Origin: an uncultured virus (IMG/VR IMGVR_UViG_3300042860_003997)
Taxonomy: Duplodnaviria > Heunggongvirae > Uroviricota > Caudoviricetes
Reading direction: 5' to 3' (one strand)
DNA length: 64,000 bases
IMG/VR virus record: IMGVR_UViG_3300042860_003997
Program-made: the position numbers and the translations under genes
Part shown: in pieces, positions 28,857 to 40,842 of the stretch
Position numbering within the stretch: the first letter of the stretch is position 1
Layout of the letters: each line of letters begins with the position of its first letter
The notes under the pieces: generated by a model
Told to the model about the DNA's origin: nothing
The model's database searches: none
What the model saw: only the letters and a program-made list of their open reading frames with translations

Positions 28857-29329
28857 AACAGTACACAAATAAAACCCTAAATATTTTATGCTATCTTAAA
28901 GGATATTCTTTAGAAGAAATAAAAGATTGCATAGTTAATCAAGAGGGTGATATTTATATTCTTAATACTGATCATTCTGCATTTCCAAAAGAAACTAAAC
29001 CTGGATATGCTCCATCTCTTATATCTAATAATGACATACAAAAAACAATAGATTATAATGCATCTAGTACTACTGGTGGTAATGGCGTTGGAACAGAATT
29101 AAAGCGATTACTAAATAAAATAGGAATCAAAGCATCTCCAACCTGCTCGTGTAATAAAAGAGCGAGTCTTATGGATAAAAATGGCATACAGTGGTGTGAA
29201 AATAATATTGATACTATCATAGGGTGGCTAAAAGAAGAAGCAACAAAAAGAAAACTACCATTTATTGATATGGCTGGAAAAATTTTAGTAAAAAAAGCTA
29301 TTAGTAATGCTAAAAAAAATGCAAAATAA
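28850..29329 (+). CDS. Hypothetical protein, probable partner of the upstream fibre-like gene
   Basis: GVGTELK...CSCN.RA..MD..G..WC motif; overlaps the upstream gene. Confidence 0.6.
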   Translation: MLKQYTNKTLNILCYLKGYSLEEIKDCIVNQEGDIYILNTDHSAFPKETKPGYAPSLISNNDIQKTIDYNASSTTGGNGVGTELKRLLNKIGIKASPTCSCNKRASLMDKNGIQWCENNIDTIIGWLKEEATKRKLPFIDMAGKILVKKAISNAKKNAK

Positions 29330-30941
29330 TATTACTTTTGTGACTGGTATCTGGGATTTAGATCGAGGTAATTCTCAACCAGGATGGCAACGAAATTTTG
29401 ATCATTATAAAAATCATTTTATCCAGTTATTAAAAGACCTCAAAGATTATAATTTAATTATTTTTATTGATCCATCTTTGGAGGATCTGGTGTGGCAACA
29501 TCGAGAACACCACAATACCAGAATTTATTATCATACCAAATCTGATTTCTCTGGAGCCTTTTTCCCATTTTTTGATCAAATTCAAAATATCAGAAATAAT
29601 CCAGAATGGTATAATCAGGCAGAATGGCTTAAAGATAGTACACAAGGATCATTAGCATATTATAATCCTATGGTTATGAGCAAGATGTTTTTGCTGCATA
29701 ACGCTAAGTGTTTTGATCCTTTTAACAGTTCCTATTTTTATTGGATAGATGGTGGACTTAGTAACACAATGAGCTTAGGATATTTTAATAATCCTATAGT
29801 AATTAATAATCTTCTTAAATTATCTGATAATTTTCTTTTTATAGCATTTCCTTATGAAACAGATAAAGAAATACATGGTTTTGGTATTGATGGAATGAAA
29901 AAATATTCACAAAACGATACTGTTAATAGAGTAGCTCGTGGTGGTTTTTTTGGAGGACATAAAGATAGTATAAGTAAAGCTAATCAATTATACTATGAAT
30001 TATTAGCAGACACTCTTAATAATGGATATATGGGTACTGAAGAAAGTATCTTTACTATTATGACGTATTTGGATCCAGAAACATATCACTTTGAAATGAT
30101 AGAGGACAACGGATTAGTATATTATTTTTTTGAACAATTACAACAATCCAAGATTAAAAGTAAAGATAAACAAATAAATCTATATATAATTACATTTAAT
30201 TCTCCGTCACAGGTTAATATGGTATTGTCTTCATTTATGAAGCATGATCCTAAATTTATTGATCAAACGAATAAGATCTTAATTAATAATTCTACTGATA
30301 GTAGTTTATTTCCAGAATACGATCAAATTGTCAAACAATATAATTTTACTGAAATTAGAAAAGGTAATTTGGGCATTTGTGGAGGTCGCCAATTAGCGGC
30401 CGAACATTTTGCAGAATCAGGGGCTGATTATATGTTTTTCTTTGAGGATGATATGTTATTGGATTATGAGGGATTGTGTAATTTTGGATTGTCTAAGAAC
30501 GTTAAAGACCTCTACTCTTCTTTGCTTAAGATTATGAATAAAGAAAAATATGACTTTATTAAGTTTAGTTTTAGTGAATTTTATGGTCATAATGGTGATC
30601 AGTGGAGTTGGCATAATATTCCACAATCTCTAAGAGAAGAATACTTTGGAAATATTCAACAAAAGCCACCCACTAAATTCGATAATATTAAAACTCTTAA
30701 TGGTATTCCATATGCTGATGGAGAGATTTACTATTCTAATTGGCCTCATATTATAAGTCAGACAGGCAATAAGAAATGTTTTCTAGATACCACATGGCAA
30801 CATCCATATGAACAAACCTGGATGAGTCATATTTATACTCTTACCAAAGAGAAGAAAATACACCCAGCTATTCTTTTAGCTAGTCCCATAACACACAACA
30901 GAGTTCACCATTACCATGCAACAGAACGAAAAGAAAACTAA
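29307..30941 (+). CDS. Two-domain glycosyltransferase: HtrL/YibB-like N-domain plus GT-A (GT2-like) C-domain
   Basis: TFVTGIWD, SK..L, YFYWIDGG, GGFFGG; C-domain GICGGRQ...FFEDD. Confidence 0.7.
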   Translation: MLKKMQNNITFVTGIWDLDRGNSQPGWQRNFDHYKNHFIQLLKDLKDYNLIIFIDPSLEDLVWQHREHHNTRIYYHTKSDFSGAFFPFFDQIQNIRNNPEWYNQAEWLKDSTQGSLAYYNPMVMSKMFLLHNAKCFDPFNSSYFYWIDGGLSNTMSLGYFNNPIVINNLLKLSDNFLFIAFPYETDKEIHGFGIDGMKKYSQNDTVNRVARGGFFGGHKDSISKANQLYYELLADTLNNGYMGTEESIFTIMTYLDPETYHFEMIEDNGLVYYFFEQLQQSKIKSKDKQINLYIITFNSPSQVNMVLSSFMKHDPKFIDQTNKILINNSTDSSLFPEYDQIVKQYNFTEIRKGNLGICGGRQLAAEHFAESGADYMFFFEDDMLLDYEGLCNFGLSKNVKDLYSSLLKIMNKEKYDFIKFSFSEFYGHNGDQWSWHNIPQSLREEYFGNIQQKPPTKFDNIKTLNGIPYADGEIYYSNWPHIISQTGNKKCFLDTTWQHPYEQTWMSHIYTLTKEKKIHPAILLASPITHNRVHHYHATERKEN

Positions 30942-32199
30942 TACTATATTTATACAAATTGCATCTTATCGAGATCCTCAATTATTACCCACATTAAAAG
31001 ATTGTATTAGTAAAGCTAAATATCCAGAAAATTTAAGATTTGCTATATGCTGGCAACATTGTGATCTGGATGAATGGGATCATTTAAATGATTATATTTA
31101 TGATAGTCGCTTTAAGATTATAGATATCGACTACAGAGATAGTCAAGGAGTTTGTTGGGCGAGAAATCTGGTCCAGAATTTATATCAGGGTGAAACGTAT
31201 ACTCTGCAACTAGATAGTCATCATAGATTTATAGAAAATTGGGATGAAATATTAATAGATATGTTATTATCTCTTCAGGATAAAGGATATCCTAAGCCTC
31301 TTATAACAGCATATATCCCTAGTTTTGATCCTGATAATGATCCGGATGCTAGAGTTCAAGAGCCATGGAAAATGACCTTTGATAGATACATACCAGAAGG
31401 TGCAGTATTCTTTCTTCCTGCTTCCTTTAATTCTGATATAGATAATTTAGATGAACCATTAATGGGCCGTTTTTATAGTGCTCATTTTGCATTTACTTTA
31501 GGAATATTTGCTAAAGAAGTTAAACATGATCCGAACTATTATTTTCATGGTGAAGAAATAAATGTTGCTGTTAGAGCTTTTACTCATGGGTACGATATAT
31601 TTTATCCTCATAAAGTAGTGTGTTGGCATGAATATACGCGAAAGGGACGCAGCAAACAATGGGATGATGATACTAAGTGGGTAGACAAAAATAATAAATG
31701 TCATCTAAGAAATCGTAAATTATTCGGTATGGATAATGAAATTAATGATATTGATTTTGGTAAATATAGTTTTGGTAATGTTCGATCATTAAAAGACTAT
31801 GAAAAATATGCCGGTATGCAATTTAGTACACGTTCTATAACACAAGATGTGATTGATCATAAGCCGCCAAAGTTGGAAAATATGACAATATCTGATCAAG
31901 CATTTGAAGATTCATTGCAGCCAATTTTTAAACATTGTATTGATATTGGCTATGATCAGGTGCCTGAAGATGATTATGATTTTTGGGCTGTTGCCTTTAA
32001 AGATAAAGAAGGAAATGATATTTTTAGACAAGATGCTGATTCTGATGAAATATCCAGAATGAAAAATGATCCAGAAGGATACTGTAAAGTTTGGAGAAGT
32101 TTTATAACAAAAGAAAAACCACACAGTTGGTTAGTATGGCCTCATAGTATTAATAAAGGATGGGCCGATCCCATAACTGGTCCAATATTATGGAATTAA
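30916..32199 (+). CDS. GT60-like polypeptide GlcNAc-transferase (Skp1-hydroxyproline GlcNAc-transferase family)
   Basis: IFIQIASYRD, GVCWARN, LQLDSHHRF, WD, FHGEE, RAFTHGYD, HEY. Confidence 0.8.
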   Translation: MQQNEKKTNTIFIQIASYRDPQLLPTLKDCISKAKYPENLRFAICWQHCDLDEWDHLNDYIYDSRFKIIDIDYRDSQGVCWARNLVQNLYQGETYTLQLDSHHRFIENWDEILIDMLLSLQDKGYPKPLITAYIPSFDPDNDPDARVQEPWKMTFDRYIPEGAVFFLPASFNSDIDNLDEPLMGRFYSAHFAFTLGIFAKEVKHDPNYYFHGEEINVAVRAFTHGYDIFYPHKVVCWHEYTRKGRSKQWDDDTKWVDKNNKCHLRNRKLFGMDNEINDIDFGKYSFGNVRSLKDYEKYAGMQFSTRSITQDVIDHKPPKLENMTISDQAFEDSLQPIFKHCIDIGYDQVPEDDYDFWAVAFKDKEGNDIFRQDADSDEISRMKNDPEGYCKVWRSFITKEKPHSWLVWPHSINKGWADPITGPILWN

Positions 32200-33176
32200 T
32201 TGTCAGACATCAGTTTAGAGATCTAGGAAAATATTATGTAACTACATTTTTTAATAAACTATATGATAAGTTATGTATTGATTATCCTCAATATTCATTT
32301 ACTATTAAAAATGAACCTCAATATGAAGATAATGGATATGGTAGCATTTATAGTTGTATGAATTTTTCTATACTTAATCCAATCAATCAAAAATATATAC
32401 TAATATCATTTTTTGATAATTGGAAGTATCATTTTATGCAACATTTGGGATGGAAACCATCTAAAATGGTTCAATTTTTCTATCCTGGTGGCTTTAATTA
32501 TATTGACTATTTTAGTTTTAAAAATTATGAAAAAGATAATCCAGACATAGATTGTCCATCTGATATTAAAACTAGATATGAGTCTTTCTTTTATGGTCCA
32601 TATGAGGATGGCTCTCTTGAGTTTATAGAAGACTTATTTAAATCAACAAGTATAGAGTCTACAATTCCACAGTTATATTTTAGAGGTTATTTATGGGATT
32701 TTAGAAAATATATGATTGATCATATTAAAGATCCATCTATATTAATTATTGATAGAAATACTAATAATCAATCATTAGACTATATTAGTTATCTTAAAGA
32801 TTTAACTCAATATAGAGTTGCACTAAGTTTACCCGGAGGAACAGAAGTATGCAACAGAGATATAGAATGTTTTGGTATTGGTGTTCCAGTAATTAGACCA
32901 TATTTGAATATTCAGTATCCTGATCCGCTTATTCCAAACTATCATTATATTAGTTGCTATACTGATTGTAAATACTGGGATGGTAATCCTTGGTATTTAA
33001 ATTATGGCGAGTTTGCTGAATATTTAATTTATTATTTAAATAAAATTAAGGATGATATTGAATATTTAAACTTTATTAGAAATAATGCTAGAAGTTGGTT
33101 TGTAAAAAATTGTACATTACAGAATAATATAAATTATGTACTATCTAAGTTAGATCTCGGAGGTTTAAATGATTGA
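32190..33176 (+). CDS. Putative GT-B glycosyltransferase
   Basis: LYFRG and Y...L..YRVALSLPG...CNRDIEC..IGVPVI C-terminal pattern. Confidence 0.55.
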   Translation: MELIVRHQFRDLGKYYVTTFFNKLYDKLCIDYPQYSFTIKNEPQYEDNGYGSIYSCMNFSILNPINQKYILISFFDNWKYHFMQHLGWKPSKMVQFFYPGGFNYIDYFSFKNYEKDNPDIDCPSDIKTRYESFFYGPYEDGSLEFIEDLFKSTSIESTIPQLYFRGYLWDFRKYMIDHIKDPSILIIDRNTNNQSLDYISYLKDLTQYRVALSLPGGTEVCNRDIECFGIGVPVIRPYLNIQYPDPLIPNYHYISCYTDCKYWDGNPWYLNYGEFAEYLIYYLNKIKDDIEYLNFIRNNARSWFVKNCTLQNNINYVLSKLDLGGLND

Positions 33177-33768
33177 AGGTGGATTTGCTTATGGATATCT
33201 ATTTATGAGTCAGCATCCTGATACTCCCAAAGTATTTAAGGAGTTTTTATCACAAACGAAACCCGCCAGAATACTAGAAATAGGAACTTTTCATGGAGGT
33301 TTAACGCTCTGTTTAAGAGATATTATGGATGAACTAGGATTACAAAATAATCCTATATTAACCTATGATATACATGATCAAGAATTTTTAAAACCACTAG
33401 TAAAAGATCGTAATGTGGATGTAAGAACAAAAAATTTGTTTGACTATGATAATAATACATTTATAAATGAAGAAGCTAAATATGAAATAGAATCTTTTAT
33501 ACAACAGGATGGTTTGTCTTTAATTTTGTGCGATGGCGGATGCAAGAAATGCGAATATAATACTATAGCTCCACTACTAAAAGCTGGAGACGTTATTATG
33601 GCACACGATTATGCTCCGAACGCTGAGTATTTTGAGCAACATATGAAAGATAAAATTTGGAATTGGTGCGAAATACAAAATAGTGATATTTCTAATATAG
33701 ATAAATTGGTCTTTTTTCAACAAGAATTTCTATTACAAATAGCATGGATGTCGAGAATTAAAATATGA
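33169..33768 (+). CDS. Class I SAM-dependent methyltransferase (Methyltransf_24/CmcI-like)
   Basis: ILEIGTFHGG, TYDI, CDGG, LKAGDVIMAHD. Confidence 0.75.
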   Translation: MIEGGFAYGYLFMSQHPDTPKVFKEFLSQTKPARILEIGTFHGGLTLCLRDIMDELGLQNNPILTYDIHDQEFLKPLVKDRNVDVRTKNLFDYDNNTFINEEAKYEIESFIQQDGLSLILCDGGCKKCEYNTIAPLLKAGDVIMAHDYAPNAEYFEQHMKDKIWNWCEIQNSDISNIDKLVFFQQEFLLQIAWMSRIKI

Positions 33769-34796
33769 ATGAAATATGGGTTGCCGGATATCCATCTTTT
33801 GTTGGTGGCGCTGATACTGAGCTAGATCATAATATTGACTTATGGAGAGAATATAATATTAATGTAAATTTAGTTCCTATGTTTGGGTGTGATAGTAAAA
33901 TGAGAAAGCTTTGTGACAACAGAGGATGTAAAACCATAGATTATACAAAAGATATTTTTAAAGATAAAGTAGTTGTGTCTTTTTGTAATGGAGAATTCTT
34001 AAAAAAATTACCAGAAATTATGGAATATGGTAAACCTAAATTAATCATTTGGTTTAATTGTATGACTTGGTTATTCGATAATGAACTTATTGCAATACAA
34101 AATAAATGGATCGACTATCATGGATTTGTATCAAAATATCAACAAAATATGCTATTATCAACCATCAAAGAAAAAACTGGTATAGATGTAAATATTTTTA
34201 ATGAATATCAACCATATTTTAATCCAAATAATATAGCACAAAATTTAGAATTTAATTATAGAATACCTAAAGACTATTTTTGTATGGGTAGGATTTCAAG
34301 AGATGATGGATCTAAATTTTCTAGTGATATGTGGAATATTTTTTATAAAGTGAGTTCCCCACTACCAACTAAAACTTTTATATTGGGCTTTGGAGAAAAC
34401 GCCTTTAAAAAGTGTGGATCAGCGCCACAAGGATTGGATTGGCAAACCTGGAGTCCTGGCGGAATTCCAGTAAAAGACTGTTATAATAAATTACATTGTC
34501 TAATACATAAAACTGGTGGTAGTAGAGAAAGTTACTGTCGTATAGTTCCAGAATGTTATGCTGCTGGTGTACCAATAGTAACAGAAAATAACTATGCTTT
34601 ACCAGAACTAATTATTAATGGAGAAACTGGATTTTTATGCAATAGTTCTGATGAGATGAGCTATAGAGCAAGTCAATTGGCTTTTGATGAACAGTTAAGA
34701 AAAACTATAATTTATAATGCATATAATTATTTAATAAATAAAATATCAAATAAAAATGATTGTATTAATTCGTGGATAAATATGTTAAATAATTAA
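33765..34796 (+). CDS. GT-B (GT4-like) glycosyltransferase
   Basis: VGGADTE, GRISR, ESYCRIVPECYAAGVPIV, ELIINGETGFL. Confidence 0.8.
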   Translation: MNEIWVAGYPSFVGGADTELDHNIDLWREYNINVNLVPMFGCDSKMRKLCDNRGCKTIDYTKDIFKDKVVVSFCNGEFLKKLPEIMEYGKPKLIIWFNCMTWLFDNELIAIQNKWIDYHGFVSKYQQNMLLSTIKEKTGIDVNIFNEYQPYFNPNNIAQNLEFNYRIPKDYFCMGRISRDDGSKFSSDMWNIFYKVSSPLPTKTFILGFGENAFKKCGSAPQGLDWQTWSPGGIPVKDCYNKLHCLIHKTGGSRESYCRIVPECYAAGVPIVTENNYALPELIINGETGFLCNSSDEMSYRASQLAFDEQLRKTIIYNAYNYLINKISNKNDCINSWINMLNN

Positions 34797-35993
34797 ACCA
34801 TATGACATATGATGTTGTTTTATCATCATGCTTAACATAAAATCTAGCCAATGCGATGAGAATTTATCACATAATTGTTTAGTATATGATACGGGGATTT
34901 GTGCAATATTATTTGTAGCTTTAGCAGAAATAAAGAGCTTGAATGGATCGGCTATGTGTGGTTTTCTTTCTAGACCAAGAATATCCCAATAGTGGTCATG
35001 ACCATGGTTCAAAGGAACCAATCGTTGACAGCCAATATCGTATGGACATAAGATTATATCTTGATAATTAAACCCTATAGTTATATTATGATTATAGTAA
35101 GTTTTACATAAATTAATAATACTAATTAATTGATCAGCTATACAACTTCCGTGGTCTATAGGTAAAGATTCTATATATATATTTTTATTTATATTATGAT
35201 TAATATCTTTTAAATTTTCTAATATTAAATGATTATAGTTGTATTTAAATAATCTATGTTTTTCGTGCCGTAACATACCTACGACATGTATTCCTATGCA
35301 TTCAACTAGTTTATTACTATGTTTTTTAGAATACCAAATACCATTATTATAAACGATATCAGAACCAATACAGTTCCATAGATGAGCATCTGCCTTATCA
35401 ATGCTTTCTTCAAATAGTATATTAAATAAAAATTGATCCGATCCATATTCATCTCTAACTATATTATTTATAAAATAATTATGCATTAATGTATACTTAG
35501 CAATTAAATTTATATTTTTTCCAGCAGATAATCCGCCCTGGATGGTCCCATCGTATGCGTTATGAATACGGCGTATTTTATTTTCATAAAATATTTTTTC
35601 ATTATTGTTTTTAGATAAAAATGGTTGAGAATACCAGTGTACATCTGGAGAAAAAAGACAGCCTTGTTCTTTGTCAATAAGATCAAAAATACCATTCATA
35701 TCTTTTTGAAACCAAATATCTGCATCTAAATGAAGAATTAAATATTCTGAATTATAATTTTTTAATATATCAATAATATCAATATATCTATGATTAACAA
35801 TAGGTCCACTATTGTTCATAGAAACGTATTTAACATCTAGTTGATTAAGTAGTTTTTTATTTGATGCACTAATGCCATAATCTAATATTAATAATTCACC
35901 AGTATAATGACCTAGTGTGCGCAAGCTAATAACCCATTGGGTCAACAGACTAAACATTTCATCATTTGCACTAGTCCAAACTAAAGTTTTCAT
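34785..35993 (-). CDS. GT-A (GT8-like) glycosyltransferase
   Basis: SLR..G, ILDYG, HLDADIWFQ DxD motif, DQFLFN, WN, H. Confidence 0.7.
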   Translation of the reverse strand: MKTLVWTSANDEMFSLLTQWVISLRTLGHYTGELLILDYGISASNKKLLNQLDVKYVSMNNSGPIVNHRYIDIIDILKNYNSEYLILHLDADIWFQKDMNGIFDLIDKEQGCLFSPDVHWYSQPFLSKNNNEKIFYENKIRRIHNAYDGTIQGGLSAGKNINLIAKYTLMHNYFINNIVRDEYGSDQFLFNILFEESIDKADAHLWNCIGSDIVYNNGIWYSKKHSNKLVECIGIHVVGMLRHEKHRLFKYNYNHLILENLKDINHNINKNIYIESLPIDHGSCIADQLISIINLCKTYYNHNITIGFNYQDIILCPYDIGCQRLVPLNHGHDHYWDILGLERKPHIADPFKLFISAKATNNIAQIPVSYTKQLCDKFSSHWLDFMLSMMIKQHHMSYGLII

Positions 35994-36000
35994 TATAATT

Positions 36001-36690
36001 TTAAGGACACTGAGAATTAGTGGGGGTTGGTGTTCTTGTTACTGTTGCGGATAGTCCTGGAGTCTTAGTCGGTGCCGGAGTACCAGATACGGATTTAGTA
36101 GGATATGGTGTTCTAGTAGGAGTTCGAGATATAGGAGATGTAGGTGCTGGTGATTTAGATGGCGTAATATTAAGTCCAAAACTAGAAGTTGGAGTTGTAG
36201 ATACTGATTTTGTTACTGTGCGTGTTGGCGTACGAGTAACTGTTCTTGTTGGAGTGTTAGTTTTTGTTGGTGTTTTTGTGACAGACTGACTCAGTGTAAC
36301 TGTTGGTGTTTGAGTTCGTGAGCTAGTTGATGTTCTGGTTGGAGTATGAGATTGAGATACAGATATAGTTGGTGTAATAGTCGATCCTGGTGTAGATGTT
36401 CTAGTCGGTGTTGGTGTCGTTGTATTTGCTGGAGATATTGACGGAGTAGGAGTATTAGAGACTTGTACAGACTGGGAGGGGACAGGAGTATCAGTAATGA
36501 AGGTTGGTGTTAAAAAACTATTATTAGGTATAGATGATGAACTTACTTGAGGAGTATTGGTTGGTGTCGATGTTGCTTGAGGACTTTGAGTTAATGTTCT
36601 AGTAGGCGTTCTAGTAGTCGTAACAGTTGGTGTTACTGGACGCGTCGATGAAGGAAGTGGTGTTGGTGTGTTTGATGGACAAATACTCAT
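36001..36690 (-). CDS. Mucin-like Thr/Pro/Ser repeat protein
   Basis: 229 aa consisting almost entirely of TPT-x-T-x-T/S repeats; single Cys near each end. Confidence 0.7.
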   Translation of the reverse strand: MSICPSNTPTPLPSSTRPVTPTVTTTRTPTRTLTQSPQATSTPTNTPQVSSSSIPNNSFLTPTFITDTPVPSQSVQVSNTPTPSISPANTTTPTPTRTSTPGSTITPTISVSQSHTPTRTSTSSRTQTPTVTLSQSVTKTPTKTNTPTRTVTRTPTRTVTKSVSTTPTSSFGLNITPSKSPAPTSPISRTPTRTPYPTKSVSGTPAPTKTPGLSATVTRTPTPTNSQCP

Positions 36691-36693
36691 ATT

Positions 36694-39204
<2,511 letters not shown>

Positions 39205-39221
39205 TGTATAATTCCTTGTGG

Positions 39222-40832
39222 TTAAACGACTGGGTTAGTAGGAGGATTAACGTCACCAGTAAAACTACTCTTTGCTTCGCCACTAGTAGATTCTTCATCA
39301 GGAGCATTACCATCTTTATTAAATAATGCAAAACAACTAATTCTACCATCGTCTTCTCTAAAAAAGCTTAATTCTGGTTCATTAAGTTGTAATACAGGAT
39401 TACCATCCTCAATCCATCCGCCAGCATTAGTTGGTATATCAGAAAATACTTTTTCAGACAGAGGCGCATCTGGTAACTGATAGTAACAAATAATTTGATT
39501 TAATGGTGTGATAAATTGTTTTCCATAATATGTATCACCTAAAGATTTAATAAAATTCCAAACTTTGTCTAAATCTTCTAAAAATTCTGGTTTATTAGCT
39601 TCTTGATTTTGAGGTCTAGCTTGATTTAAAGCATCTACAAATAATGGTTTACCTTGTGCGTCTTGTGTTGCGCCGAGGGCTTGAGAAGCTTGTCCTATAC
39701 TATTAACATTAGCTCTACTATCTGTTTTGGCTTCTGGCCAATTATCTCTAACAGCTTTATTAAAACTTCCATTGATACTTTCGCTCATTACTCGTTCTCT
39801 CCATAAGTCTTGAGACGCCATGGCTGCTCTAATATCTAATTCATGAATAGTATAAGGGCCATTAGTGGGCAATGGTTTACGTAAAGTAAGATTTAAAGCT
39901 TCTACCCTTTTTCTAATCCAAAATCCACACTCATCATATCTATATGGAACTACTGGTACATATTCTCCATCTATTAAATCTTCGCCAAAAAAATAATTAA
40001 ACTTATTAACTTGACTAAGATAATGTTGATATTCACCAAATAATACTGTTTTTGTAACTTCATTTCTAAGTTCTTGACCATAACTTAAATCTGTAGCTAT
40101 GCTATTGTAAGCTGCTACTATGCTACTAAAAGAAGTTACAGGAGTTTTTAGATTTATTAAACCTATATTAATTATAGCTCCAGGCAATAAATTTACATAA
40201 AAATCAAAACCCATAACATCACAAACATCTTGTAAAAGCTGTAAAAGAGTAACACTGGGTCCAGCAACCCTATAATATTCTGGCAAACCACTAGGAAAAC
40301 TACTAAAATTGATAGTATAAGCATAGCCAGTAGGGGAATAAATTGTTGGATTCATTCCTTGTAGAGCTTCTATAATTTTCTGATATGGCATACCTCGTTC
40401 TCCACCAAGAGATGATCCAAAAACAACACAATTTCCTTGAAGAACCTGAGATTCCCAGTATGCATAGGCATTAAAATAATTAAGACCTTGAACTGGTGGT
40501 CCAAGATAAGAATCTGTTACTACGGCTGTGTTTTCTAAAAGTTGTCTTGGATCAACAATCTTAACATTAAATGTTTGTCCAGAAGCGCCCTGTGTTGCTG
40601 TCCAATTAGTTAAAACACCACCAAATTGAAAAGTACCAGCACTAAAATACGCTGGTGCTCCAACTCCGATTAATCCATTTATTGGCATAAATTGATCATT
40701 ATTTTCACAATCTTCTACTAAATCAACATTTAAACTGCTCTCTGATGAACCTAAGCCTAAAGACGCATTAAATGATAATACGCTAGCGCCTAAAAATTTA
40801 ATTGGAGCAAACAATACATCACAATCCGACAT
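39222..40832 (-). CDS. Putative tail/baseplate hub protein
   Basis: Position in the tail module; beta-rich N-terminus; LLQLLQDVCD..GFDFYV hub-like pattern. Confidence 0.55.
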   Translation of the reverse strand: MSDCDVLFAPIKFLGASVLSFNASLGLGSSESSLNVDLVEDCENNDQFMPINGLIGVGAPAYFSAGTFQFGGVLTNWTATQGASGQTFNVKIVDPRQLLENTAVVTDSYLGPPVQGLNYFNAYAYWESQVLQGNCVVFGSSLGGERGMPYQKIIEALQGMNPTIYSPTGYAYTINFSSFPSGLPEYYRVAGPSVTLLQLLQDVCDVMGFDFYVNLLPGAIINIGLINLKTPVTSFSSIVAAYNSIATDLSYGQELRNEVTKTVLFGEYQHYLSQVNKFNYFFGEDLIDGEYVPVVPYRYDECGFWIRKRVEALNLTLRKPLPTNGPYTIHELDIRAAMASQDLWRERVMSESINGSFNKAVRDNWPEAKTDSRANVNSIGQASQALGATQDAQGKPLFVDALNQARPQNQEANKPEFLEDLDKVWNFIKSLGDTYYGKQFITPLNQIICYYQLPDAPLSEKVFSDIPTNAGGWIEDGNPVLQLNEPELSFFREDDGRISCFALFNKDGNAPDEESTSGEAKSSFTGDVNPPTNPVV

Positions 40833-40842
40833 AATAAAATTC

